64,000 bases of DNA from Podarcis melisellensis (lineage: Eukaryota), in NCBI GenBank assembly GCA_964234715.1, contig OZ174282.1; one strand, written 5' to 3'. Below the pieces are notes generated by a model. That model made no database searches. It had not been told where the DNA came from and saw nothing but the letters and a program-made list of their open reading frames with translations. Each line of letters begins with the position of its first letter. Positions within the stretch are counted from its first letter, which is position 1. Positions 1 through 12,436 of the stretch are shown piece by piece. Made by a program: the position numbers and the translations under genes.

Positions 1-38
1 TGCTGAGATGCACCTTCACAAACTTGCAGTTTACGCAC

Positions 39-119
39 CTGCTTGAGCTGCATTTGCATCTTCTTCTTCTGGACTTTCAGGGAATCATTTTTCAAACGAA
101 TTTTCTCTTTCAGTACATC
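39..119 (-). CDS. CCDC113: CCDC113 coding exon 5 (DVLKEKIRLKNDSLKVQKKKMQMQLKQ)
   Basis: ttctttttcag acceptor, CAG|gtgcgt donor, 81 nt, phase 0/0. Confidence 0.9.
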
Positions 120-1107
120 CTGAAAAAGAAAGTCACCTAATTTCTTTCTCAGGCTTGCTGCTAAAGTTTGCCTGCATTTACATGTACTTTATGTGTGGCT
201 GAGAGATGAGCACTTACCCTGCAGGCTGTGACCAATCACTCCTGGCGGCAAAGCTCTCCAGAGGAAACTCCCAGGTAATAACAGGAATGCTGCTTTGCCT
301 TGGACCTTACATGTATCCAAATGGAATTGCCTCTCAACTCTAACATGTGTGAAGACTTTTGAGTTACACAGAACTCTATTTTAGGCCAAAGAGTTAGGTG
401 CATCTCAGAAATATTTTGAGCAATTATACAATTGTGTATAATTGTGTATAAACAGCTCTCAACCCTGATGCAGTTAAACTAGAAGGAATGGCAGCTGCTC
501 ATTATTATTGCTATTGCCTTGCACAGGCAATAGCCATTCTCTGAAAGATTGAATTGAGGAAAAGTTGATGAAGATCAGAACTGGGACTTCATAGATACAG
601 TTGCCATCTTTTTCATTGGCCCCACTCCTGTGTATTTACCAGACTGAAATGTAATATAACATGTAGAAATGTGGTGAAGCTGGAATGGAGATAGGAGGAT
701 GAGCTTTACCTGTTTTATTTCTGCATGTTAAGGATACAGGTACAGGGTTAGGTATGGTTCTTTAATGATAAATATACATCCTATTTACCGATTCAGCTTT
801 ATAATGTCAAGATATGTATTCTATGGAATAAGAATGCTCTGAAATAGACACATTTCTCAGGAAGTCCTCCTCTGAATGGCAAAGATTGCTTAAGGCGTCT
901 GAATGTATGCCACTGTTTGGTGGGATCCACCATGATGTCTACAGGCTACTGCACTCAGTTGCTGGTATCTAACAAAACAAGAACACATGCAGGAGGATTA
1001 GAGACACTGATGGTCTCACTAATAGGCTGTTTTACCAAGGTTATCAACTGGCTAACGGAGCAAAATGAGAGCAGCTGGTGGGACTGCCCAATGTTCTCTC
1101 CACTTAC

Positions 1108-1263
1108 CCTGTAGCGTATCCTATCTTCCATGTATCTCAGCACTTTTTCAGAGGCGATGACACTCCCTTTCTTCTTGGTGATGGTTTTGACTATATCTTT
1201 GTCAAAGTCCTGCACAGCTTTCTTAATGTCAACTAGGCGGATGTCTGCTTCCTCCAGGACAGC
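1108..1263 (-). CDS. CCDC113: CCDC113 coding exon 4 (AVLEEADIRL...YMEDRIRYR)
   Basis: ttggcag acceptor, AGG|gtaagt donor, 156 nt; overlaps ORF 955..1215. Confidence 0.92.
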
Positions 1264-2630
1264 CTGCCAAATTCAAGATTGCACCGTCAGTAAAGGAAGG
1301 CTGCATGTCATTGATTTGTTCTCATGGAGAACCATGCAGACCAGCTGCTGCCCGGGGACAAAGAATTGTGTTCTGTAAACTCTTGAGTTAAAAAGGTGGA
1401 GACCAGCAGCAAGAAGTAGGTGGCAAACATGAATTGCTTGGCTGTGCTACTCCAGCTGAACTCCTTGCCCAAGACCATTAATTGTTATGACTGTTAATGA
1501 GCAATGCCTAACTGATGGTAAGATGTCCAGCAATTCTTTATTTACTACATTTATATGCTGCCTTTCTGCCAAGGCACCCAAGGTTCTTTTAGTATTTTAA
1601 AATTGCAGTCCAACACATGATATAAAATGTAAAGTTGCCTATGAGTGGTTGAGTCCAAAGGCAGCAGGCGCTGATGTTTCCTGCCTCTCTTGCTTCCCCC
1701 CTTGCCTTCCCACAGGGCAGATGGTGCCGGCCCAAATAATGTTTTTGTTTATCTCCCTTGCTCAGTTCCCACCTTGAAAGTCACACTCCATTGGAAAAGC
1801 TTTCCAAACCTGACCATGTTATTGCAACTGATAATCTTGGAACTAACCCTAACTGGGCTCCCCAAACTTCATGCATAAGGCCTGTGTGAGCAAATGGCAC
1901 TGCCAAGCACTTCAGCTGTATTTCTCATGCCACGGCTCCTGCTGTGTTTATAATACTGAAATACTGAATGAGGAAAAGAGTGGTTTCATTGGCAAATTAA
2001 GCAGCCACCCACTCTGGCCAGCTATGCACTCCAGGTTTAAGTATCCAGAAAAGAGAGATTTAACCCAAGTTTTAGCTCTTCAGCATCTATTTTAACATAC
2101 ACAAAAGAGGAATATTCTGACATTCTGCAAGAGGCAGCCTGGCATGTATCTTCCCAATCAAGAGCAAAACTGACAGTCTTTTAAAAGGCAGTTCCTCCCC
2201 TTAACTATGGCTTTTATAAGCCCACAGCTCCTTGGAGTGTCCATAAATTGGTGTCTTTAAGCCTTTCCCAAAGTACTACTGCACAGAAACGTATAACAAG
2301 ATCAGCGCTAAAGCCCAGAAAATTCAGGGGATCTTGGAAGCCCAGTGTTTTAATGTTATCAAGTGCCATCATTTCCTGCCTTCCGCTTCTCAGGAAGACC
2401 AGTTGTCTACAGCCTTGACTAAATGAACTGCCTTTGGATTATAAGTTTGATTGGTAGAAAAGTGCCTCTTCATCTGAATCACCAGATACTACTGAGTGGG
2501 CCAAAAATGGCATACCACTGCTCACTTACTAAATTTGACCTGGCATGAACAGGTGCCTCAATGAGGAGAGAACACACACTTCAGTACAGCGATACAACAC
2601 ATGCCTCTTCCTATCCCAGAGCAACTATAC

Positions 2631-2792
2631 CAGGTAGTTCTGCAACAGCCTTTCTGAGTTCTCCTTTAACCTCTGAACATCTTCCTTTGTCTCCTCCAGC
2701 TCCCGTTGTGCTATGTCACATTTCTGTTCCACCGTCAGACCCACCAGACGATCTGCTGTTAACCGGGATTTAGATTTGCGCCTGCCTCGTGC
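2631..2792 (-). CDS. CCDC113: CCDC113 coding exon 3 (ARGRRKSKSR...ERLLQNYL)
   Basis: gttttcag acceptor, CTG|gtatag donor, 162 nt; within ORF 2625..2867. Confidence 0.92.
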
Positions 2793-2992
2793 CTGAAAAC
2801 CAAATGATTGCAAGATAGAAGCACACAGCTCTACATAAGAAGCCACAAAAGGTGCAACTGAACTCAAGAATTTGCCATCACTGTATTTGTTTCTTCTTTT
2901 GCCCCTTTATGAATATTAATGTGACATGCTTTGTTAGGTGTCTTAGATGAAATTTGTGGTGAATTGGATACAAGATGGATTGGCAGCCTGAT

Positions 2993-2994
<2 letters not shown>

Positions 2995-3033
<39 letters not shown>

Positions 3034-3053
3034 TAATAATAATAATAATAATA
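2995..3053. repeat. (AAT)n microsatellite
   Basis: About 19 AAT units with one AAC interruption. Confidence 0.95.
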
Positions 3054-3249
3054 TATGGTTAGTATTATATTTGTTGCTTATTACAAAAAATGTCTCAAAG
3101 CAACTTACAATTATAAAAGCATACATGATACAAAATTCAAAATAAATAAAAAAGATAAAAGAATATTAATTGACTAAAATTACTCATCCTGTAATAATAT
3201 GAAAAGGGCAAATCATACCCTAACCTACTAAAAGATGAACATCAATTAA

Positions 3250-3500
3250 GCGCAAAATGTGGTCTAAATATAGGTAGTGATGGAACTTGGTACATCTCTC
3301 TGGGGAGAGCATTCCACACTTGCAAGCCGCCTCTGAGAAGGCCCAATCTCGTGCTGGCACCCTCTGCCCCTCCCTTTGAGGAGAGCTTCAGATGACAAGT
3401 GCAGGGTCTGAGAAGGTCCAGGCAGGAAGAAGCAGTTCCTAAGGTACTGGGGTCCTGAGCTACCTAAGGCTTTATAGGACAAAAACAGCACTTTAAATTC
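3250..3500 (-). mobile_element. L2-clade LINE 3' fragment
   Basis: Minus translation FKVLFLSYKALGSSGPQYLRNC...TLHLSSEALL resembles the L2 ORF2 C-terminus. Confidence 0.7.
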
Positions 3501-3636
3501 AGGGTCTGCTTCTCATCTGCACTCTGGCCAGTTAAGCTTCAGCAAAGGACAAGGGAGCAGACTCTTTGCACCATCAAAACCACAAATACTGTCACAACAG
3601 CTATTCCAGTATCTGTAAAATAATCCTGTAACTTAC

Positions 3637-3760
3637 AAGTTGTGCTTGTCCCATGTCCATCAAAGAGCCAAACTTTTCCAGCACCAAGTCCCTTGGCTCA
3701 AGCCGATTGAAAGTCTTCTCAAACATTGTTGTCTCAAGTTTGAGCATGGCATTGTCATGG
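3637..3760 (-). CDS. CCDC113: CCDC113 coding exon 2 (HDNAMLKLETTMFEK...GQAQL)
   Basis: ccttcag acceptor, CTT|gtaagt donor, 124 nt, completes the phase-2 codon AG|C from exon 1. Confidence 0.9.
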
Positions 3761-4025
3761 CTGAAGGTAGATGAAAGATTAGGTGAGCAAACCCAGTGGT
3801 TCACGTGAGCAATTCATGTCGCAAACCAAAAGGGATGACAGCAGCATCCATTAAGGCAAAGTCTGAGGAAGACAAAATCCTCAAGCTGCAATCTATGGTA
3901 ACCTACTCCTTAGAGAGGGGACACATAACTTTTGCACCACTCTGAGGGTTACATTTAAGGTAAAGCAGCAATAAATTCTGGAACAATAACTACCTAAGAA
4001 AAGTTTTAAAGCTTACTCTTTAAAA

Positions 4026-4283
4026 CAGGGGTCAGCAAACTTTTTCAGCAGGGGTCCGGTCCACTGTCCCTCAGACCTTGTGGGGGGGCCGGACTATATT
4101 TTTGGGGGGGAAAGAAAAAAATAACGAATTCCTATGCCCCACAAATACCCCCGAGATGCATTTTAAATAAATGGACACATTCTACTCATGTAAAAACACA
4201 CTGATTCCCGGACCGACCGTGAGCTGGATTTAGAAGGCGATTGGGCTGAATCTGCCCCCTAGGCCTTGGTTTGCCTACCCATG
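4026..4283 (+). mobile_element. Non-autonomous hAT DNA transposon (MITE) with 8-bp TSD
   Basis: Imperfect TIRs CAGGGGTCAGCAAAC...GTTTGCCTACCCATG; exact TSD CTTTAAAA at 4018-4025 and 4284-4291. Confidence 0.88.
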
Positions 4284-4946
4284 CTTTAAAATGTCCCACA
4301 TAAACTCTAAATATATATATATATTTACCAATATCAACAAAATTCCTCTTCTTGGAACTGCTATTTTACCCATTCCCTGAGAAAATTATTTCCATCTTCT
4401 GTGGGACAATCTTTATTGAAAATTACTTGGTTTAATCTTCTGTCTAAGCCACTGTTTCTCAGTTGTGATCCTAGGGTCCAGTACTGGGTTTTAATATTTT
4501 TTTTGTACCAGTCCCTCTCAGGCAATGGAAATGCCCTTCACTTCTCCTTCTGGCCTACCTATTTATTAAGGTGTTACATTCAACACCTTAACTAATGAAA
4601 TTAAGTTTAAAATATATCCTGGGGTTTAATATTATAGCTTGAGATTCTCAACATCTTAGTACATTTGAGAAAAGTGTGTGTGTACCATTTAAGTTTACCA
4701 CTGGTAGCAGTCATACAGGGTGACTGCCACAGGTCTGCACACAGCATCATTGTTTCCTGTAACTTTTCCATTTACAGCACACATCCTGAACTTTTTCTTG
4801 AGCTTGTTTTCTGAATTTAGTATAGTTTGGTGACATGTTTCCTTACAGGTAGGGGAACAACATTGTAAGGTTAGAGAGGGTAAAGCACACCTATTCATAG
4901 CATTGGGGGGGAGGGAGTTAATAAAACTGAAAAGCCCCATATCTTG

Positions 4947-5148
4947 GGTTACATCCACACCATACCTTTAAAGCACATTTAAAGTGCATTTCTTCACTCA
5001 AAGAATCCTGGGAACTTTGGCTTGTTAAGTGTGCTGGTAATGACAGCTCTGTGATGTGCAAACTACAAAATTCCCAGGAGACTTAGTGGCAAGCCATGAC
5101 TGTCCAGGTGGTATATGTGTGCTATAAATGTATGGTACGGATGTAACC
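4947..5148. mobile_element. PIF/Harbinger-like MITE
   Basis: 30-bp TIRs GGTTACATCCACACCATACCTTTAAAGCAC (4 mismatches between ends), 3-bp TSD TTG. Confidence 0.75.
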
Positions 5149-5427
5149 TTGGCTATTATTTGGATTTAGTTAGTGAAACCCATCCTTAGTAAGGCTGATG
5201 GCCAGAATGCGATTTACAGCCAAACCTGCCCCCTAGCTATGCTCCTCCGCTTTCTGCCATAGAAGTGAACGGGAGACCCGCACCGCCCCAGAGTAGGTCG
5301 TTCCCTTTGCCCACAGGGATGGCTGCCAACCAGTCGGGGGGAAGGAAAGGGGGTGTCTTGAGGGGCCCCAGGTGGGTTTGCGTTGGAGGAAGAGCCGGAG
5401 CCGCCGCGCCGGTTCTTCTCGCCGCAC

Positions 5428-5555
5428 CTGGCTTCCTCCACCAAGCCGTGCAGCTGGGAAATGGATAACTGGGCCAGGTCCTGGTGCAGCTCCTCGCTCA
5501 GCTCCCGCGACTCGCCCGTATGGACGCTGTCGCGCTCCGACTCCTCGTCCGCCAT
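5428..5555 (-). CDS. CCDC113: CCDC113 coding exon 1 (MADEESERDSVHTGESRELSEELHQDLAQLSISQLHGLVEEA)
   Basis: Kozak-context gccATGg at 5555 in a CpG island; AG|gtgcgg donor; an upstream in-frame ATG at 5579 is also present. Confidence 0.85.
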
Positions 5556-5571
5556 GGCCGTGGGCTGCGAG

Positions 5572-5585
5572 ATCGCCATAGCAAC
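5572..5585 (-). promoter_or_regulatory. RFX X-box at CCDC113 start
   Basis: GTTGCTATGGCGAT (minus strand), close match to the X-box GTTGCCATGGCAAC, 17-30 nt upstream of the ATG of a ciliary gene. Confidence 0.75.
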
Positions 5586-6599
5586 CCAGCACAGGCCCTG
5601 CAGGCCGCCCGACCGCGCCTCCTCCTCTTCCAGGCCCGGCCTTCCAGGAGGGGCCTCGTCATCGCGGGCGGCCAGCCGCTGCGCCTCGCGACCGAGACGA
5701 GGAGGCTGCTGGGTGGCGGCTGCTCCGCTCCAAGCGGGGAATAATCCTCGGCAAGCGGGGCTTCACCTAATCCCCGGACTATGGCACGGCCTGCGGGAGA
5801 GTTTGATGCTGACTCGCGGGCAGCTTGCTCCCTCGCTGCGGCGGCGGCTTCATGCCTAACCCGGGGGCGAGAGAACAGTGGCTGCTTCCTGCGCGCCCGG
5901 CCAGAAGCAGCAGCTCCTGGCAGGCAGCTGCGGCCGGACTCGATTCCCGGGCATGCGAAGCCGGCCTTTGCTGTGCTGAAGGTGTTGTCCAGCTATGCTT
6001 ATTCTGTTTATGCCTCGCTTCCCAAACCGAAAAGCCCTGCAGTAAGCATAGATCCGGAGTGTCGTCGCTCTCGCACCGGCAGCCTAGCAATAAAAGTCTC
6101 TGACCTACATTGCAAGACGGTCGGGAAAAGATTCCGACTCCCCCGCCCCGCCTGCTCTGGGAATCATGCCAGTGGGCAACATTGGAAGGATAGTGACAAG
6201 CACACGTGTTTATTAAACACACACACACACACACATTAGCCTGTTCTTCTTTATACTGCCTTTCATCAAAATATGTTCCAAGGCAATTTACAACGCCGGA
6301 ACAGGGGAAAAAGCTAAAGAAATACAGTACACACGGTACGCCTTCCCAAACTACTGCTCCTCCAGATGTTTTGGACCGCAATTTCCATCACTGCCGGACG
6401 CTAGCCTAGGACTGATGAGTAGTTCAAAACATCTGGAAGGGCACCTGGTCGAGCGAGCCATAAGACCTCCTTCAGCATCAATATCAGCATTATGAATATA
6501 ATAATAATTCAATTTATATCTCACCGTTCGTCCCCAAGCAGCACAGGGCAGCAAAGATAACCAGGACTTTGGCTGATTAAACATTATTTGGCCTTTGAA

Positions 6600-6745
6600 A
6601 TGCGTTGTGGGGGCGTTGTTATTAGTTTGCTTTTATTTTATTATGTATTTTATTATGTATTTTGTGTATTCATTTTGTATTTTTATGTTGTGAACCGCCC
6701 TGTGATCTTCGGATGAAAGGCGGTATACAAATTTCATAATAAGAA
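6600..6745 (+). mobile_element. L2-type retroposon 3' tail
   Basis: ...GTGAACCGCCCTGTGATCTTCGGATGAAAGGCGGTATACAAATT plus A-rich tail; related tails at ~10250, ~34530, ~37500 (reverse) and ~63350 (reverse). Confidence 0.6.
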
Positions 6746-7010
6746 AATAAGAAAAGAAATATTAAAATTTAAAAACAAAATCATTCTAAAAGCAATTACG
6801 GTTAAAAGCATACTACTATCCAATGCGTTTGCCAGGAGGAATGGGTGAACAGCGCCGTTTTCAAAGTTCTCGCTAACTTTCAGGAGATCACCTCACTAAT
6901 CCCCACCAGCTCTCCCAAAAAGGGTTTAATAACAATTTAGAGCATTTTGTATTATGTTACATGGCTATTTCAAAATGAGGGGGATGAAAGAAAAATCTCC
7001 ATATTATTAA

Positions 7011-8280
<1,270 letters not shown>

Positions 8281-9489
8281 GAAAGATGGAATCACAAAGT
8301 GGCTGGGATCTGGAACGGTGTTGATTAAGAGGGATTAAAGAATAATAAAATATGAAATCAGTAATGGAGATCCTGCAGTGTAGAGTCCAGGTTGTTCTTG
8401 GACTCCAAATCTCAGCAGCCTGCTTGGCCAGTAGTCAGTAATGACAGACAAGAATTGGCCACAGGTTTCCCGCCCCTGGGTTCAAGTAGCATTCTGCAAC
8501 CTAGTGCCCTCCAGACATTTTGGATTACAGTTCCCACCAGCCCTAGTTAGTAGTATGACTAGTAGCGATGATAGAAGTTGCTTGTTGGGTCTAGGTTGTT
8601 GCTTTTGGGATTCACTCTTAATACTGCAAACTTTGATTGTGCAATGAAAGTGGGCTAGTGCTCTTGGGCTCTTCTTCCCCCCTCCCTACAGAAGCCCCAC
8701 ATTTTGTGGTAGGGTAGAGGAAGTGATGGGAAATGCCCTGGAAAGTGTAGGATAACAGTTGCTTACTGTGGCATCATATAAGTGTCCCACAAACAGATCT
8801 GAATGAGTGCTCAATAAATAACAGACATCATATAACCATCCCAGAAACTTTTTGCAAGGAAATGAGGATCGAAAGCTCAGTAAGCAAGTTGCCTTGAAGT
8901 GACTACTTCAAAATGTCTAGAAAACTACATAGTTGGGAAAGGCTACACTAGGCCCTCACAGGTTTGAGATGCACACACAAGTTCCAACTCAGCTACTCTG
9001 AACACCCTTCTGTACTAAGAGTAAGGTGATTGCTTCCCATCTTCATTGCATTTTTATGGGTGAAAATGAGTTTCTAACAAGTGTCATCATGATTCAGAAG
9101 TAGGGCTTAGGAGTTGCTAGTTATTCCTGATTAACAGGCACAAAGCTGTGCTCTTACGTAGTGGTGTTAGGCGTGTGTGCATGTGCACATGTGCTGTGCT
9201 GGTTCCTCTGTCCTTTCAAAAATGAATAAGCAAAAGTAGGGTTGGGCATTTGGTTAATCGGTTACTTTGTAAAGTTTTATGAGCATAATATAATTAACAA
9301 CTTTGATACTTCATACTAATCACAAAAACCAATTTGGATAACATTTATTGTGAAACAATAATAAATTTATTAAATGAATTATTTTATTACATATTAATTT
9401 CACTCTTCACCCTAATGAGATCAGGAACAGCTTACATGGTTTTCCCCTGCCCCCGATCCTCTCAACAATTGTAAGAATGTAAGAAGAGC

Positions 9490-10195
9490 TCAAAGACCCA
9501 TCTAGTCAAGCATTCTCTTCTCATAGTGGTCACTCTGATGCTTGTGGAAACCAGAGCGCAACAGCACTTTCCTCACTTGAGATTCCCAGCAAGTGGTATT
9601 CAGATGCATTGAAAGCCTTATCCTCCAAGAATTTGTCTAATACCCTTTTAAAGCCATCCATGTTGGTGGCCATTGCTATATCTTTGGGAGCAAATTTCTT
9701 AGTTCTATGTGTTGTATGAAGAAGGACCACCTTTTGGCTGTCTTGAGTCTGCCAATATTTAGCTTCATTGGATGACCTCTGTTTTTTTAGTATGATGAGA
9801 GAAGAGAAAAAGCCTTCACCCTATCCACTTTCTCTAGTCTAGACCATGTATGATTTATTACACCTCTTTTTGCCTTTTTTCTGAACTAAGATGCCTCATA
9901 GAGGAGTCATACTTGCTTTTTCTGAAGTTTTTCCAGTTCCACAATATCCTTTTTTGGCTGTAAGGTGACCAGAACTGTAATGTTCTAAAGATGGTGGCAC
10001 CAAAGATTTGTATAATGACATTATGATATTATTGACTGTTTTGCTTTAAATCCCATTCATAATTATCTCTCATATGAAGTTCACTTTTTTCACAGCTTCT
10101 GTGGGCTAGGAACACACTGAGGTGTCCAAAGCTATACCATGATCTCACTCCTGGTCATCCAGCACCAGTTCAGACCCCATTAGTATTTGTTATGG
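9490..10195 (-). mobile_element. CR1 LINE 3' portion
   Basis: Minus-strand remnants such as LMGSELVLDDQE*DHGI and AMATNMDGFKRVLDKFLED, typical of the CR1 ORF2 C-terminus. Confidence 0.75.
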
Positions 10196-10819
10196 GGTCA
10201 GGTTTTTGTTTTTTACTATATTATTTATTTTTTTGTTTTTTATATTGTAAACCATTCTGTGATCCTCAGATGAAGGGTGGTATAGATATGATGATGATAA
10301 TAATGATGATAATGATAATAATGCTAAAGATGTGAACTTTCCAGAAATTGTGAATCCATAGAAAAAACAATGTTGGGGTAGGGGGGGGGACTTGGGGTGA
10401 AATATGCAATCCATTTTAAAATCATACTTTACAGTTCAAAAGTCATTTTGTAACTTTTGTAACATAAACTATATTATATATGACCTTGCTTACTATAAAA
10501 TTACCATGTTTTTGTATATTAAAATGCACTTTATTCAGACAATAATTATAGGTTCAATTTACTTTTTAAAATCTTAGTTACAAATGGAGCTACAAGATGC
10601 TGAACCGTAAGAAATTTTTTTGGGCATCTCTTTGGTTTTACCAGTTTATGAGGAGCCAGCAAAAAATAATAAAAACAGAAGAAACAGTCAACATTACAGT
10701 AAAGCAAAAAAGGAATTAGATATTCTGAAAATTATTATGTCTCCTCCAGTATGAAATTCGACAAAAAGCACTCATCTCCATAAGAAGAGCTGAGAAAATG
10801 AGGGACCCAAGAGTCTGTG

Positions 10820-11390
10820 AACTGTTGGCATCTGTCTGTCTGGAGAGACAATGGAGTGCGCCTCCAGGGGTGAAGTCAAACCCCTGAAGTGACCTTCCCG
10901 GGACATAAGCCTGGGCAATGTGTATGGGGGTCCCATGCTGCCCAGATGACAAGACACGTGCCCCCTCCCCTTGGCCTCACTGAAGTGGTCCAAAGGAAAG
11001 CTGAGCAATACATTTGGCACCAGTTTGACTGCAGAAGTTCCCAGAAGGAAACTTAGAGGTGCCATCCAGCTGTCTTAGGGACTCCACTCCTGATTTGTGT
11101 AGGGTTTACTAAAAAAAAATTTCTCCCGAAAATATCAGGCAAGGCAGCAGAGGTTTAGGATCAGAGTTTTCTTTCTCCTAGATGAGCTACCTTCTCAGGT
11201 TGATGACGCTCATCTGCCGTTTACTTCCCTCTACACAGCATGTGCAGGAACTACCTTCTTGACTGTTGGACCCACCATTGGTCTCATTCTTTCAATCAAC
11301 TGGAGCCTGTCTTTACAGGCAGGGAAGTCCTTAACTCACCAAGGGTTTGTGACCCATCGGCTACCCTCACCTGGTTTAGCTGGCCAGTCA
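10820..11390 (-). mobile_element. Non-autonomous RTE-related retroposon (5'UTR fused to 3' end)
   Basis: Minus strand has an RTE-like 5' motif CTAGGAGAAAGAAAACTCTGATCCTAAACC and 3' motif CATTGTCTCTCCAGACAGACAGATGCCAAC, with no ORF between; family assignment from memory. Confidence 0.5.
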
Positions 11391-12436
11391 ATTCTACATG
11401 AAATTTAATAAGTCTTTATTTCTGAGCTATCACTACCAAGTTCTGGGTCTTCATATTTGTTACTTTCTTTCTCCTTCTTTCGCCAAACCTTTGTTAGGCA
11501 TTATAGACATATTTGTTACATTTATCATGGACTGCTCAAGTTTTGCCCAGATTGAAACAAGCTGATCTATTTGATATATCAGTTTATTTCTTGATTTGGT
11601 GTAAGTATTTCCAAACATAGATCAGTTTCTTTTATACACTGTAGAAGTTGAAGGAATCTGACGTAGGTAAGAAGCATGAGGGGTCAGAAGCTTGCCACCA
11701 TGCTGCAAGAGGGATTAGTTTGGCAGAATTACAGACTGCATTTGAGGTCTGAACACCTGAATATGTTCTGTATTCTGCAACATTTAAAGGTGCATTTCCA
11801 ACATGTTTGTTGCTTGTTTGTAATCCAGTCAAATGCAGAAGCAGTGCTGTCATCACTTACATTTCTGACTTTAAATCATGAATCCAATAGATTTTCACTA
11901 GAATCAATTGGGTGGCAAAAAAAATCCCGAAACCTTCGCAAAAGAGGAGCAATGGCTCTGACAGTGTCCTAGAACCCTTCAGCCTTACTAGACATTGAGA
12001 AGGACACAGGAGGACTCTAGGACCCTATCAGAGCCCTGCCGCCTCCTTCCCAAAGCTGGGCAAACACTTACTGGGCTTTGGGAAGGCAGCACTCTGAGAT
12101 GCTGCCAGACCCCTCACACACCCTTCTCAAAGCTGGATGGTTCCCGGCTTTAAATGATGCATGGATAGAAAATCCTCACATGTAAGTTACCTGTACATAC
12201 AAATTACAATGATCTGATACAGTACATGGTATCACATACAGGTCTTTCTGTTACATAATTTTTAGAAACCATTTTGAGGGAGTAGATATGTGAAGACTTT
12301 GTCTTAAACATTTTATTCAGCATTGTAAAGGAAAATATTTCATAATCTTTTAATTTTTTTATGGGGGGTGGGAGAAAAATAAAATGGTGTTGGAAAACCC
12401 TGCACTTTTTCTGAATTTTCTCAGTCCCTCCCCCAG

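Larger units (their letters stand above)
39..5555 (-). other. CCDC113: CCDC113/CFAP263 gene span (coding exons 1-5; 3' part beyond window start)
   Basis: Five GT-AG bounded exons join in frame to MADEESERDS...EEASHDNAMLKLETTMFEK...ARGRRKSKSR...LTVEQKCDIAQRELEE...AVLEEADIRLVDIKKAVQDFDKDI...YMEDRIRYRDVLKEKIRLKNDSLKVQKKKMQMQLKQ, a coiled-coil ciliary protein; head-to-head with CSNK2A2 as in other vertebrates. Confidence 0.92.
5260..6180. promoter_or_regulatory. CpG island / CCDC113 promoter
   Basis: Very GC- and CpG-rich stretch spanning exon 1 and upstream sequence; boundaries approximate. Confidence 0.8.

Noticed and set aside
5233-6409. Multiple overlapping 90-200 aa ORFs on both strands around the CCDC113 promoter
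   Set aside because: Stop-poor CpG-island sequence with low-complexity Arg/Ala/Pro/Gly translations and no recognisable domain; only 5428-5555 fits a spliced gene
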